Part shown: positions 1 to 10,720 of the stretch, in pieces
Position numbering within the stretch: the first letter of the stretch is position 1
How the letters are laid out: every line of letters begins with the position of its first letter
Assembly (NCBI GenBank): GCA_963555815.3
Contig: CAUVWX020000001.1
Coordinates: forward strand, 1,355,665-1,419,664
Reading direction: 5' to 3'
DNA: 64,000 bases
Source of the DNA: a bacterium
GTDB taxonomy: Bacteria > UBA8248 > JACPRG01 > G963555815
The notes under the pieces: generated by a model
Database searches by the model: none
What the model saw: only the letters and a program-made list of their open reading frames with translations
Told to the model about the DNA's origin: nothing
Made by a program: the position numbers and the translations under genes

Positions 1-834
1 GCGGGAGATTTCACCGCCGAGAACTTTGGTGGGCGCAACTTCCACTTCGGCGTCCGCGAGAATGCGATGGCGTCCATCTTGAACGGGATGTCGCACTGCA
101 AGGCCCGACCGTATGGGTCTGGATTCCTGATCTTCAGCGATTACTGTCGGCCTGCGATTAGATTGGGCGCGCTCATGGAACTCCCGGTCATCTATGTCTT
201 CACGCACGACTCGATTGGGGTCGGGGAGGACGGGCCGACTCACCAGCCCGTCGAGCAGCTGGCTTCCTTGCGAGCGGTCCCCGGGCTCATCACGCTTCGC
301 CCAGCGGACGCCAATGAGGTCGTCGAAGGCTGGCGCGTGATCATGCAGCTTCGCCACGAGCCAGTGGCTCTCGTGCTGTCCCGACAGCGGCTACCCATCT
401 TGGACCGCTCCAAGTACGCTTCGGCCTCCGGACTTGCAAGAGGGGCCTATGTGCTGGTGGACGCCTACGGCGGAAATCCGGACATCTTGCTTTTGGCCAG
501 CGGCAGCGAAGTCTGGCTGTGTATTCATGCATACGAGCAGTTGAAGGCGGAGGGTGTCAAAGCCCGCGTGGTGAGCATGCCGTCGTGGGAGCTATTCGAG
601 CAGCAAAGCCAGGAGTACCGGGACGGCGTCATCCCCCCCGAAATCACCGCGCGAGTTTCTGTGGAGCAGGCCTCAACCTTAGGGTGGGCTCGATACGTTG
701 GTTTGAGCGGCCACAGCATCGGGATGGAGACATTTGGCGCTTCGGCGCCACTGAAAGAGTTGCAAAAAAAGTTTGGATTCACCCCCGAGCACGTGGTTGC
801 CACAGCTAAAGCGCAATTGGTGAAAGCGAGATAA
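1..834 (+). CDS. tkt: transketolase, C-terminal part (gene starts before the window)
   Basis: Frame open from base 1 (GRNFHFGVRENAM). Contains THDSIGVGEDGPTHQPVEQ and the C-terminal ASGSEV/VVSMPSWELF/FGASAP motifs. Confidence 0.97.
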   Translation, partial: AGDFTAENFGGRNFHFGVRENAMASILNGMSHCKARPYGSGFLIFSDYCRPAIRLGALMELPVIYVFTHDSIGVGEDGPTHQPVEQLASLRAVPGLITLRPADANEVVEGWRVIMQLRHEPVALVLSRQRLPILDRSKYASASGLARGAYVLVDAYGGNPDILLLASGSEVWLCIHAYEQLKAEGVKARVVSMPSWELFEQQSQEYRDGVIPPEITARVSVEQASTLGWARYVGLSGHSIGMETFGASAPLKELQKKFGFTPEHVVATAKAQLVKAR

Positions 835-837
835 GCC

Positions 838-1317
838 ATGCGAATCGCGATTGGGGCCGATCACGCAGGGTTCGAATTGAAGAAAAGCATGGTGGCTTAC
901 CTTCGCGAACTGGAGCACGAGATCGTGGACGTGGGCACGCACAGCACCGATCCGGTGGACTACCCGGACTTTGCCGAGGCCGTCGGGATGGCCCTTTGGG
1001 ATGGGCGGGCAGAGCGGGGCATTCTGATCTGCGGCAGCGGGGTTGGCGCGGCCATAGCGAGCAACAAGCTTCCCAACATTCGAGCAGGGCTCTGTCACGA
1101 CACCTATTCGGCTCACCAGGGCGTGGAGCACGACGATATGAACGTCCTGGTGCTGGGTGGACGTGTGATCGGCCCTGTGCTGGCCGAGGAGCTTGTTCGT
1201 GCGTTCCTGGGGGCGGAGTTCGAAGGTGAGGAGCGCCACCGCCGGAGACTCGAAAAGGTCTCAGCGCTGGAGGCGCGCTACGGCAGCCAGGCGAAGACCT
1301 TGAAGGAGAAGAAGTAG
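838..1317 (+). CDS. rpiB: ribose-5-phosphate isomerase B
   Basis: [19 protein letters not shown] and ICGSGVG motifs. Confidence 0.97.
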   Translation: MRIAIGADHAGFELKKSMVAYLRELEHEIVDVGTHSTDPVDYPDFAEAVGMALWDGRAERGILICGSGVGAAIASNKLPNIRAGLCHDTYSAHQGVEHDDMNVLVLGGRVIGPVLAEELVRAFLGAEFEGEERHRRRLEKVSALEARYGSQAKTLKEKK

Positions 1318-4166
1318 TGAACCCTTTGAGAGCGCTGAACCCATACGGCCAATCCCCCTGGTTGGACTACATTCGGCGAAGTCTCATCACGGGTGGCGAG
1401 TTGCAGCGCCTGGTGGATGAGGATGGATTGGGGGGCGTCACCTCGAACCCGGCCATCTTTGAGAAGGCAATCACCGGCAGCACGGATTACGCAGATGCCC
1501 TGGAGGCCCTTCAGGACAAAGATTTGAGCCCCATGTCAACGTACGAGCAACTGGCCATCCGGGATATTCAAGACGCCGCCGACGTGTTGAGGCCAGTCTA
1601 TGAGAAAACGAAAAGGCGTGATGGCTACGTCAGTTTCGAGGTCTCGCCCTATCAGGCTCACAACACAGAGGGAACAATAGAGGAGGCAAGACGGCTTTGG
1701 CGGGCCGTCGGGCGCGACAATCTGATGATCAAAGTGCCGGCCACGACCGAAGGCATCCCCGCCGTCGAACAGCTCATCAGTGAGGGCATCAACGTCAACG
1801 TCACCCTGCTCTTTGCCCGGAAGACCTACGAACGCGTTGCCGAAGCCTACATCGCGGGTCTGGAAACGCGCAGAGCGCGGGATGGTGATGTGAGTGAGAT
1901 CGCCAGCGTCGCCAGTTTTTTCATCAGCCGCATTGACGCTGCCATTACCGCCGTTGCGAAGGCTCGACTCAAGACCGCCAAAGATGAAGAACGTGCGCTG
2001 TTGCGAAGCGTCATGGGTAAAATTGCCATTGCCAACGCGAAGCTGACCTATCAACGGTATAAGAGGATTTTTGAGGGCGATCGCTGGCAGGCGCTCGCAA
2101 ACGCGGGCGCGCGAACTCAGCGCGTCTTGTGGGCAAGCACGAGCACCAAGGACCCGAATTACCGCGACGTGCTTTATGTCGAGGAACTCATCGGTCCTGA
2201 TACGGTGAACACGATTCCCCCGTCTACTTTCGACGCATTTCGGGATCACGGGCGCCCCCGTGCGAGCCTCGAAGAGGATGTCGAGGCCGCCCGTGACACA
2301 ATGGAAACGCTCGAGCAATTAAATATCTCAATGAAAGATGTCACCGACAATCTACTCAGGGACGGGGTGCGACTGTTCGCCGAGGCCTTTGATAAATTGC
2401 TGAACGCGGTGGACAAGAAGTGCAGAAGGACATCGGATGCGCAAGTCAACCGGCAGTCTTACACCCTGCCGGAGGATCTCACGGCCCAGGTCAAGGCGTC
2501 CCTCGAGGATTGGCGAATCAACGGCAAGGTGCGCAGGCTCTGGGCGCGTGACGCGTCTCTGTGGACGGGTTCGGACGAGGGGAGTTGGCTCGGTTGGTTG
2601 GGAATCACCGAGGACCAGCTGGCGCACAGTCAACACCTTCGAGAAATTGCCGGTGAGGTGAAAGCCGAGGGGTTCTCGCACGTCCTGCTTCTCGGCATGG
2701 GCGGGTCAAGCCTGGGCCCGGAAGTGCTGAAAATGACGTTTGGCAGAATTAGTGGGTATCCCGAGTTGCACGTCCTCGACTCCACTGATCCTTCGCAGAT
2801 CAAAGCGACCGAAAACAAAGTGGATCTCGCCAACACCCTCTTCATCGTGTCTAGCAAGTCGGGCACGACACTGGAACCCAATATCTTCAAACAATATTTC
2901 TTTGAGCGGGTAAAGGAAGTCGTCGGCGCTGACAAAGTGGGCGATCGTTTCATCGCCATCACGGACCCCGACTCGAAGCTCCAGCAAGTCGCTGAAGGTG
3001 ACGACTTCCGTCACGTTTTCTATGGCGTGCCCAGTATCGGTGGCCGGTACTCAGTGCTGTCCGACTTCGGCATGGTGCCGGCGGCGATCGCCGGCATTGA
3101 CGCCCCGAAATTTTTGGACCGTGCCGATGAGATGGCGATTTCGTGCTCGTCGTGCCTCCCAGCAAAGGACAACCCTGGCGTGGTGCTGGGCACCATCTTG
3201 GGCGTCTTGGCCAAAGGCGGACGTGACAAGGTGACCCTGATCAGCTCGCCCGGCATCTGGGGTTTTGGCGCATGGCTGGAGCAGTTGCTCGCGGAGTCAA
3301 CTGGCAAGGGGGGAGAAGGGCTCATCCCTGTTGACTGCGAGCAGTTGGGCCCCCCCAGCGTGTACGGCGACGATCGCGTGTTCGTCTATGTGAGATTGGA
3401 ATCCGGGCCGGATGAGTCTCAGGATGCGGCGATTTCAGCCCTCGAGCAGGCCGGGCAGCCTGTGATCCGCATCTCGGCCGCTGACCCCTACGATTTGGGC
3501 CAAGAGTATTTCCGCTGGGAAATTGCAACGGCGGTGGCAGGCTCCATCATGCATATCAACCCATTCAACCAGCCAGACGTGGAAGCGAGCAAGGTGGCGA
3601 CGCAGAAGTTGACGACTGAATATGAAAGGACAGGCTCGCTCCCGTCTGAGACGCCGTTGCTGGAAGTGAACGGAAACAAATTGTTCGCAGACGAGAAGAA
3701 CGCCGCGTCGTTGACGGCGGCAGCGGGACAGGACAAGTCACTGGTTGGTTATCTCCGAGCACACGTGAACCGACTCAAGGCCGGCGATTATTTTGCGCTC
3801 CTGGCCTATATCGAAATGAATGAGGCCCACGAAGAACGGCTTCAGGCGATGCGTCATGCTGTCCGCGACCGGCATCGTGTGGCAACGTGTCTGGGCTTCG
3901 GTCCCCGCTTCTTGCATTCGACAGGACAGGCGTACAAAGGTGGACCCAACACCGGCGTCTTCTTGCAAATCACCTGCGACGATGCCGTGGACCTGCCCGT
4001 GCCCGGACAGAAATACACTTTTGGTGTCGTGAAGGCGGCGCAGGCGCGTGGCGACCTCCAGGTGCTGGCGGATCGGGATAGACGCGCGCTGCGAATTCAT
4101 TTGGGCGCCGACGTGCTGGGTGGTTTGACGACCTTGGAGATAGCCGTTCGCCAGGCGTTGGCTTAG
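1317..4166 (+). CDS. bifunctional transaldolase / phosphoglucose isomerase
   Basis: N-terminal transaldolase (GVTSNPAIFEKA, MIKVPAT, NVTLLF, LWASTSTK) fused to a PGI-like SIS module (GMGGSSLGP, SSKSGTTLE, GGRYS, NPFNQPDVE). Confidence 0.95.
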   Translation: MNPLRALNPYGQSPWLDYIRRSLITGGELQRLVDEDGLGGVTSNPAIFEKAITGSTDYADALEALQDKDLSPMSTYEQLAIRDIQDAADVLRPVYEKTKRRDGYVSFEVSPYQAHNTEGTIEEARRLWRAVGRDNLMIKVPATTEGIPAVEQLISEGINVNVTLLFARKTYERVAEAYIAGLETRRARDGDVSEIASVASFFISRIDAAITAVAKARLKTAKDEERALLRSVMGKIAIANAKLTYQRYKRIFEGDRWQALANAGARTQRVLWASTSTKDPNYRDVLYVEELIGPDTVNTIPPSTFDAFRDHGRPRASLEEDVEAARDTMETLEQLNISMKDVTDNLLRDGVRLFAEAFDKLLNAVDKKCRRTSDAQVNRQSYTLPEDLTAQVKASLEDWRINGKVRRLWARDASLWTGSDEGSWLGWLGITEDQLAHSQHLREIAGEVKAEGFSHVLLLGMGGSSLGPEVLKMTFGRISGYPELHVLDSTDPSQIKATENKVDLANTLFIVSSKSGTTLEPNIFKQYFFERVKEVVGADKVGDRFIAITDPDSKLQQVAEGDDFRHVFYGVPSIGGRYSVLSDFGMVPAAIAGIDAPKFLDRADEMAISCSSCLPAKDNPGVVLGTILGVLAKGGRDKVTLISSPGIWGFGAWLEQLLAESTGKGGEGLIPVDCEQLGPPSVYGDDRVFVYVRLESGPDESQDAAISALEQAGQPVIRISAADPYDLGQEYFRWEIATAVAGSIMHINPFNQPDVEASKVATQKLTTEYERTGSLPSETPLLEVNGNKLFADEKNAASLTAAAGQDKSLVGYLRAHVNRLKAGDYFALLAYIEMNEAHEERLQAMRHAVRDRHRVATCLGFGPRFLHSTGQAYKGGPNTGVFLQITCDDAVDLPVPGQKYTFGVVKAAQARGDLQVLADRDRRALRIHLGADVLGGLTTLEIAVRQALA

Positions 4167-4294
4167 GGAAACGAAAAAATTTCTAAGCGAATCAGCTTGC
4201 AGACGGTCTAGGGCCCAGGAGAGGGGAAGACGAACCCTTTGACGTCCCCGCGCTCTCTGCGGTGATAGGCGACTTCCAGAAAGGGGCGACAGAC

Positions 4295-5278
4295 ATGCAG
4301 CTCGGCATGATTGGTCTGGGAAGAATGGGCGCCAACATGGTGCGCCGCTTGATGCAGGGTGGGCATCAGTGTGTGGTGTTCGACCTGAACCCCGATCACG
4401 TGAAGCGGCTGGCCGGCGAAGGGGCAACCGGCGCGACGTCACTGGACAATTTTGTGAGCAAACTGACCACTCCACGGGTGGCGTGGGTCATGGTGCCCGC
4501 CGGGTCGCCGACAGAGCAGACCGTCGGAGCGCTGGCCGAGCGGATGGAGGCTGACGACATCATCATCGATGGCGGCAATTCATACTTTAAAGATGATGTG
4601 AGGCGGGCAGGGGTTCTGAAGGAGAGGCGTATTCATTACGTGGACGTGGGCACAAGCGGTGGCATCTGGGGTGTGGAACGGGGTTACTGCCTGATGATCG
4701 GTGGAGAGACAGAAGCCGTCAAACATCTGGCGCCCCTTTTCAAGACGCTTGCCCCGGGGCGTGGCGAGATCCCCCGTACCCCAGGACGCGAGAGCATGAA
4801 GGGCACTGCCGAGGACGGCCACTACCACTGCGGTCCGCCCGGCGCCGGCCATTTCGTTAAAATGGTCCACAATGGCATCGAATACGGATTGATGCAGGCT
4901 TATGCCGAGGGCTTTGACATCTTGCGGAACGCTCACTCAAAGGACCTGCCCGAAGAGCACCGCTATGACCTTGACATGGCCGACATTGCGGAGGTGTGGC
5001 GGCGCGGCAGCGTGGTTGGCTCATGGCTGCTCGATCTGACGGCGATGGCTCTCGCAGAGGACCCGACGCTTTCCAATTTTACGGGCTTTGTGCAGGATTC
5101 TGGCGAAGGTCGCTGGGCGATTATGGCTGCCATTGAGGAGGCGGTGCCCGCCGACGTCCTCTCCGCATCGCTCTACACGCGTTTCAGATCCCGGCAGGAG
5201 CACACATTTGCTGAAAAGTTACTGTCGGGCATGAGGCACAAATTCGGCGGGCATGTCGAACGCCCCTCGGGAGGCTAG
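4295..5278 (+). CDS. gnd: 6-phosphogluconate dehydrogenase, decarboxylating (short type)
   Basis: [43 protein letters not shown] at 4295 follows a purine-rich RBS. Confidence 0.95.
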   Translation: MQLGMIGLGRMGANMVRRLMQGGHQCVVFDLNPDHVKRLAGEGATGATSLDNFVSKLTTPRVAWVMVPAGSPTEQTVGALAERMEADDIIIDGGNSYFKDDVRRAGVLKERRIHYVDVGTSGGIWGVERGYCLMIGGETEAVKHLAPLFKTLAPGRGEIPRTPGRESMKGTAEDGHYHCGPPGAGHFVKMVHNGIEYGLMQAYAEGFDILRNAHSKDLPEEHRYDLDMADIAEVWRRGSVVGSWLLDLTAMALAEDPTLSNFTGFVQDSGEGRWAIMAAIEEAVPADVLSASLYTRFRSRQEHTFAEKLLSGMRHKFGGHVERPSGG

Positions 5279-5401
5279 AAATGTGCGAAAAAGAGATCGC
5301 AGGCTAGAGGCTGATCAAACGTCACCGTTTATCAGCTCTTCGTCCTACTATTGCTGTCGGTTCATTGAGGGAGAGGGAAAGAGGTAAAATCTGGCAAGGA
5401 G

Positions 5402-6919
5402 ATGAACGTGACCGATGAGCAGGCCGGGCAGCCCGGCGACCCCTGTGTCATGGTCATCTTCGGTGCGTCCGGAGACTTGACCAAACGCAAGCTCATTCCC
5501 GCGCTATACAACCTTGCGAGGGACAATTTGTTGTCCAAGGAGTTCGCCGTTGTCGGACTCGCCCGGCGCGAGATGAGCACCGAGGACTTCCGAGAAAAGA
5601 TCAGTCAGGACATCAAGGAATTCGCCACAGGCCCAGTCGATTCCGATCTTTGGCAGCGGTTTGTCCGGCGGCTCTACTATCTGCCGGGCGATGTTCAGGA
5701 CGCGGACACTTACCGACGGCTTCAGGGCTTGTTAACAGAAGTCGACAAAGAGCACGGCACGCGAGGAAATTACTTTTATTACCTCGCAACGGCTCCGGAT
5801 TTTTTCTGCTCAGTTATTCAGCGATTGGCGGACGCTGGGCTTGTCCGGGAAAGCAGTGAGCAGTGGCGGCGGGTCATCATCGAGAAGCCGTTCGGACATG
5901 ACCTCGATTCGGCGCGGACCCTCAATCGTGAGATACAACAAGTCCTGGACGAGAACCAGATTTACCGCATTGATCACTATCTGGGCAAGGAGACGGTACA
6001 GAACATCCTGGTCTTCCGCTTTTCGAACGGCATTTTTGAGCCGATTTGGAACCGCCGCTATGTGGACCATGTACAAATAACGGTTGCCGAGAGTCTTGGT
6101 GTCGAGCAGCGGGGTGGCTACTACGACACGGCGGGGGCGCTGCGGGACATGGTGCCGAACCACATTTTTCAGTTGATGAGCCTGACGGCGATGGAGCCCC
6201 CGATTTCCTTTGAAGCGAATGCTGTGCGGGACGAGCAGACCAAGGTTTTGCGCGCCGTTCAAATCCTGTCCTCGGAGGAAATCCTCAATCGCACGGCGCG
6301 GGGTCAATATGGAGAAGGCACGGCTGACGGCAATCGAGTGCCCGGGTACCTCTCGGAACCGAAGGTCTCGCCCGATTCCCACACCGAGACGTTCGTCGCA
6401 CTCAAGTTATACATAGATAACTGGCGCTGGGCGGATGTGCCGTTCTACCTGCGGACTGGTAAATCCCTTCCCAAACGCGTCACCGAGATTGCCATTCAAT
6501 TCAAGCGCGCCCCCTTTGTGCTGTTCGAAAAGACGCCTGTTGGAGAACTGGCGGCGAATCGGTTGATCCTCCATCTCCAGCCCGAGGAAGGCATCTCATT
6601 GAGCTTTGGCGCCAAAGTGCCCGGACCGCTGGTGCGCATGGGGACGGTCGATATGAATTTTAAATACAAGGACCACTTTGGATCCACGCCGAGCACTGGC
6701 TACGAGCGATTGCTGTATGACTGCATCATGGGGGATTCGACCTTGTTCCAGCGCGCCGACATGGTTGAAACCAGCTGGTGTCTGGTGGCGCCCATCTTGG
6801 ACGTTTGGAAGGCGCTGCCGCCACGGCACTTCCCCAACTACGCTGCGGGGACCTGGGGGCCAAAGGAGGCGGATGACTTGATGCAGCGTGACGGACGAGC
6901 GTGGAGGAAGTGCGACTAG
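5402..6919 (+). CDS. zwf: glucose-6-phosphate 1-dehydrogenase
   Basis: [36 protein letters not shown]. Confidence 0.97.
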   Translation: MNVTDEQAGQPGDPCVMVIFGASGDLTKRKLIPALYNLARDNLLSKEFAVVGLARREMSTEDFREKISQDIKEFATGPVDSDLWQRFVRRLYYLPGDVQDADTYRRLQGLLTEVDKEHGTRGNYFYYLATAPDFFCSVIQRLADAGLVRESSEQWRRVIIEKPFGHDLDSARTLNREIQQVLDENQIYRIDHYLGKETVQNILVFRFSNGIFEPIWNRRYVDHVQITVAESLGVEQRGGYYDTAGALRDMVPNHIFQLMSLTAMEPPISFEANAVRDEQTKVLRAVQILSSEEILNRTARGQYGEGTADGNRVPGYLSEPKVSPDSHTETFVALKLYIDNWRWADVPFYLRTGKSLPKRVTEIAIQFKRAPFVLFEKTPVGELAANRLILHLQPEEGISLSFGAKVPGPLVRMGTVDMNFKYKDHFGSTPSTGYERLLYDCIMGDSTLFQRADMVETSWCLVAPILDVWKALPPRHFPNYAAGTWGPKEADDLMQRDGRAWRKCD

Positions 6920-7896
6920 TGATTTTGGCAGGGGACATCGGCGGCACGAATACGAGGCTTGCGTTTTTCGATGATGAGGGAGAGCGACCGAAACCCGTTG
7001 TCGTGGACGTGTTCCCCAGCGGCGCGCACAAGGGGCTGACCGAAATTGTCTCTCGGTTCGTCACGACACATCGCCTGCCTGTCGAGGGCGCCTGCTTCGG
7101 CGTTGCCGGACCCGTCATACACGGGCGTTCCGAGACGTCAAACCTGGCGTGGATAGTGGACGCACGCGAGTTGGCGGACGAGCTGGGTTTGGAGACCGTT
7201 CATCTCATTAACGACCTTGAAGCCAACGCCTACGGCATCGCTGCTCTTGGACCCGATGACTTCGCTATCCTCAATAAAGGAACCCCCAACGCAGGCGGTA
7301 ACGCGGCCCTCATTTCAGCCGGCACGGGACTGGGTGAAGCGGGTCTTCACTGGGAGGGCGACCGCCATCAGCCCTTTCCTTCCGAAGGGGGGCACGTTGA
7401 CTTTGCACCACGCAACGAAATAGAAGTCGAGTTGTTTCTCTACCTCCAAACCCGATTCGAGCACGTTAGTTATGAGCGTGTCGTTTCCGGCCCGGGCTTG
7501 TACAACGTTTATCAGTTCCTACGAGATACGGGGCGGGGCGATGAGCCGGCGTGGCTCGCCGATCGGATTCGCCAAGAGGACCCCCCTTCCGTCATCTCAT
7601 CGGGCGCGATTGAGGGCGATTGCAAGCTGTGCGTTCAGGCGCTTGATCTGTTCGTGTCAGTGTACGGTGCGGAGGCGGGCAACTTAGCCCTGAAAGTCAT
7701 GGCAACAGGCGGTCTGTTTGTAGGGGGGGGAATCGCTCCAAAGATCTTGCCGAAGCTGAAAGATTCTATATTCATGAAAGCCTTCACGGCAAAAGGCCGC
7801 ATGAAGGCGTTGCTCGAAGCGATACCCGTTCATGTGATTTTGAGCGACGAGACGGCTCTGGTCGGCGCCGCACGCTTGGCCGCGCACGGGCATTAA
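6919..7896 (+). CDS. glk: glucokinase
   Basis: ILAGDIGGTNTR, NDLEA, GTGLG, SEGGH, GGGIAPK. The GTG start overlaps the zwf stop. Confidence 0.95.
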   Translation: MILAGDIGGTNTRLAFFDDEGERPKPVVVDVFPSGAHKGLTEIVSRFVTTHRLPVEGACFGVAGPVIHGRSETSNLAWIVDARELADELGLETVHLINDLEANAYGIAALGPDDFAILNKGTPNAGGNAALISAGTGLGEAGLHWEGDRHQPFPSEGGHVDFAPRNEIEVELFLYLQTRFEHVSYERVVSGPGLYNVYQFLRDTGRGDEPAWLADRIRQEDPPSVISSGAIEGDCKLCVQALDLFVSVYGAEAGNLALKVMATGGLFVGGGIAPKILPKLKDSIFMKAFTAKGRMKALLEAIPVHVILSDETALVGAARLAAHGH

Positions 7897-7960
7897 ACGC
7901 CAAAATTCCATCTGGACAGCCGCGGTGTCCCACCCCCGATGGTGGCCTTGGGGAGACCTG

Positions 7961-8968
7961 ATGGCGAGCATAGGCACGACGCTGAATCGGCACATCTTAG
8001 AGGAGGAGCAAAGGCACCCGGAGCTTGCCGGGCAGCTCCCGGCGCTGCTTGCTCAGACCGCCTTTGCTGCCAAAATCCTCTCACGCGAGATCAGTCGGGC
8101 GGCCCTGGTGGGAAAGCTGGGTTTGGTGGGGGAGAAAAACCCGACGGGTGACGCGCAGAAAAAGTTGGATGTATTCAGCAATGAGATAGTCATTGAAGCC
8201 TTTGCCAACACCCGCTTGGTCGCCGCCATCGCTTCCGAGGAGCTGGAAGAGGTGAAGTGCATAGCGTGTGAAACCGACGCCCAGTATGTCTTGTGCATGG
8301 ACCCCCTCGATGGGTCATCGAATACGGACATCAACGGCGCCCTGGGGACCATATTTGGCGTTTACAAACGGAAAGCCGGCGCTCGCCGGGACGCAGTGGA
8401 AGACTTTCTTCGAAAAGGCTCGGAGCAGGTGGCGGCCGGCTACGTGATGTACGGCACGAGTACGGTCCTGGTCTACACTTTTGGCCACGGTGTCCATGGA
8501 TTCACCCTGGACCGCGACCTCGGTGAGTTCCTTCTTTCACACGAGAGCATCCGTTGCCCCACACGTGGACGGACGTACAGCGGCAACCTGGCGCACTATC
8601 AAGAGTGGCATCCGAGCATCCAAAAACTCATCAATTATCTGGGAGAACGCGATCCAGCCACAAAGCGGCCCTACTCACTGCGATACACCGGGGCGCTGGT
8701 TTCCGATCTGCACCGCAGCCTGCTTGAGGGAGGGCTTTATTTCTACCCGACAGATGAAAGGAATCGTGACGGCAAGCTGCGACTGCTGTATGAGTGCGCC
8801 CCATTGGCGTTCGTCGTGGAGCAGGCGGGCGGCCGTGCCAGCACGGGCACACAACGGATTCTGGACATCCAGGTTGAATCCATTCATCAGAGGGTGCCAT
8901 TTGTGATCGGCAGCGCCGAGGACGTGACGCTTTACGAGAAGTTCTTGAAGGATGGGAAACCGTCATAA
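7961..8968 (+). CDS. fbp: class I fructose-1,6-bisphosphatase
   Basis: QKKLD, SEE, DPLDGSSN, RYTGALV, GKLRLLYE. Confidence 0.95.
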   Translation: MASIGTTLNRHILEEEQRHPELAGQLPALLAQTAFAAKILSREISRAALVGKLGLVGEKNPTGDAQKKLDVFSNEIVIEAFANTRLVAAIASEELEEVKCIACETDAQYVLCMDPLDGSSNTDINGALGTIFGVYKRKAGARRDAVEDFLRKGSEQVAAGYVMYGTSTVLVYTFGHGVHGFTLDRDLGEFLLSHESIRCPTRGRTYSGNLAHYQEWHPSIQKLINYLGERDPATKRPYSLRYTGALVSDLHRSLLEGGLYFYPTDERNRDGKLRLLYECAPLAFVVEQAGGRASTGTQRILDIQVESIHQRVPFVIGSAEDVTLYEKFLKDGKPS

Positions 8969-8980
8969 GGGGAAAAGGTG

Positions 8981-9904
8981 ATGACCGGGCGAGTACAAGA
9001 GATCCTGGGGTGGTATGGAAGTGATAATCCGGGAACGTTAACCAACCTTGCCCGGCTGATGAACCACGGCGTGCTGGCGGGCACGGGCAAAATGGTCATC
9101 CTGCCGGTGGACCAAGGTTTCGAACATGGTCCGGCGCGCAGTTTTGCGTCCAACCCGCCCGCCTACGACCCACAGTATCACTTTGGGCTCGCCGCTGAGT
9201 CTGGCTGCAATGGCTATGCCGCGCCCCTGGGTTTTTTGGAGGCGGGGGCGCGGGAGTTCGCAGGCGAAGTCCCGCTGATCCTCAAAGTGAACGATCACGA
9301 CGCGCTCCTCGACGAGAAGGACCCCTGTCAGGCGTTGACCGGCAGCGTGGCGGATGCGCTCCGCCTGGGGTGTGTGGGGATCGGGTTCACCATTTACCCG
9401 GGCTCAGCACGCCGGATCGAGATGTATCAACAGATTCGCGCTTATGCGGAAGAGGCGAAGCGCTGCGGCTTGATCGTCGTAATCTGGTCTTATGCTCGGG
9501 GGTCGGGCCTGAGCAGACAGGGTGAGACGGCCATTGACGTCGTTGGCTACGCCGCACATATCGCCGCGCAATTGGGGGCTCACATCGTCAAGGTTAAGCT
9601 GCCAGGCGCGAATGTTGAGCAAGAGGCGACGCGCAAAATCTATGAAAGAGAAAAAATTCCAATTGAGACGCTCGCGCAGCGGGTGCGTCATGTGGTGGAA
9701 TGCACCTTTAATGGGAGGCGGATCGTCATCTTCTCCGGCGGGCCTCCTGAAACTGACGACGCACTATTAGAAGAAATCCGCGCTATCCGCGATGGCGGCG
9801 GATCCGGATCGATTATCGGGCGAAATTCGTTCCAGCGAAAGAAGGCCGATGCGCTTCGTTTGCTCGACAGCATCATGAAGATTTACGCTGGAGAAACGAC
9901 ATAG
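8981..9904 (+). CDS. fbaB: class I fructose-bisphosphate aldolase (DhnA/FbaB type)
   Basis: ILPVDQGFEHGP, TIYPGS, WSYARG, IVKVK, GSIIGRNSFQR. Confidence 0.9.
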   Translation: MTGRVQEILGWYGSDNPGTLTNLARLMNHGVLAGTGKMVILPVDQGFEHGPARSFASNPPAYDPQYHFGLAAESGCNGYAAPLGFLEAGAREFAGEVPLILKVNDHDALLDEKDPCQALTGSVADALRLGCVGIGFTIYPGSARRIEMYQQIRAYAEEAKRCGLIVVIWSYARGSGLSRQGETAIDVVGYAAHIAAQLGAHIVKVKLPGANVEQEATRKIYEREKIPIETLAQRVRHVVECTFNGRRIVIFSGGPPETDDALLEEIRAIRDGGGSGSIIGRNSFQRKKADALRLLDSIMKIYAGETT

Positions 9905-9946
9905 TCTTCCACGTCGGCGCAGGGGAGGCGTCGCTGGGTCGCAGCG

Positions 9947-10720
9947 ATGAAAGAAAATCCCATATTATCAGCAAAAGGCGAAATCCGAATCCTGGCAAAC
10001 CCTGATGAATTGAACCGCAGGGCAGCAGAGGAATTTGTCTGTTTGTCGGGGGAAGCGGTACAGGCAAAAGGGTTTTTTACGGTCGCGCTCTCTGGCGGGG
10101 GGACGCCTAAGAGCCTCTACTCGCTCCTGGCAAGTGAAGGCGACTCATTTCGGTCGCGGGTGTCATGGGACAAGATTCATTTTTTTTGGGGTGATGAACG
10201 TCACGTTTCACCTGATCGTCCCGATAGCAACTACCGCATGGTACAAGAGGCCATGCTGTCAAAGGTGCCTGTTCCGCCAGAGCATATACATCGGATCAAA
10301 GGCGAGAATCCAAACGCCAGTGAGACGGCACAGGAGTATGAGCAAGAACTGCGCAAATTCTTCTGGTTGGGTGCAGGGCAATTGCCCCAGTTTGATTTGG
10401 TCCTGTTGGGGTTAGGCCCAGATGGGCACACCGCTTCTATCTTTCCTGGGACCGACGTCATCCTCGAGCAAAGACGCCATGTGGTCGCCTCCTGGGTCGA
10501 GAAGTTCAACGCCCATCGGGTCACGCTGACTCCCCCGGTGTTCAATAACGCTGCCTGCGTTATCGTTCTCGTCACTGGCGGAGAGAAAGCAGAAACGTTG
10601 CGGGCGGTCCTTCACGAGGAGTATCGGCCTGAACGCTTGCCAGCGCAGCTCATCCGCCCCACAAGAGGAAGGCTGCTCTGGCTGGTGGACCGTGAAGCGG
10701 CACGACTCCTGCCGCCTTAG
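9947..10720 (+). CDS. pgl: 6-phosphogluconolactonase
   Basis: ALSGGGTP, WGDER, LGLGPDGHTASIFP. Confidence 0.95.
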   Translation: MKENPILSAKGEIRILANPDELNRRAAEEFVCLSGEAVQAKGFFTVALSGGGTPKSLYSLLASEGDSFRSRVSWDKIHFFWGDERHVSPDRPDSNYRMVQEAMLSKVPVPPEHIHRIKGENPNASETAQEYEQELRKFFWLGAGQLPQFDLVLLGLGPDGHTASIFPGTDVILEQRRHVVASWVEKFNAHRVTLTPPVFNNAACVIVLVTGGEKAETLRAVLHEEYRPERLPAQLIRPTRGRLLWLVDREAARLLPP

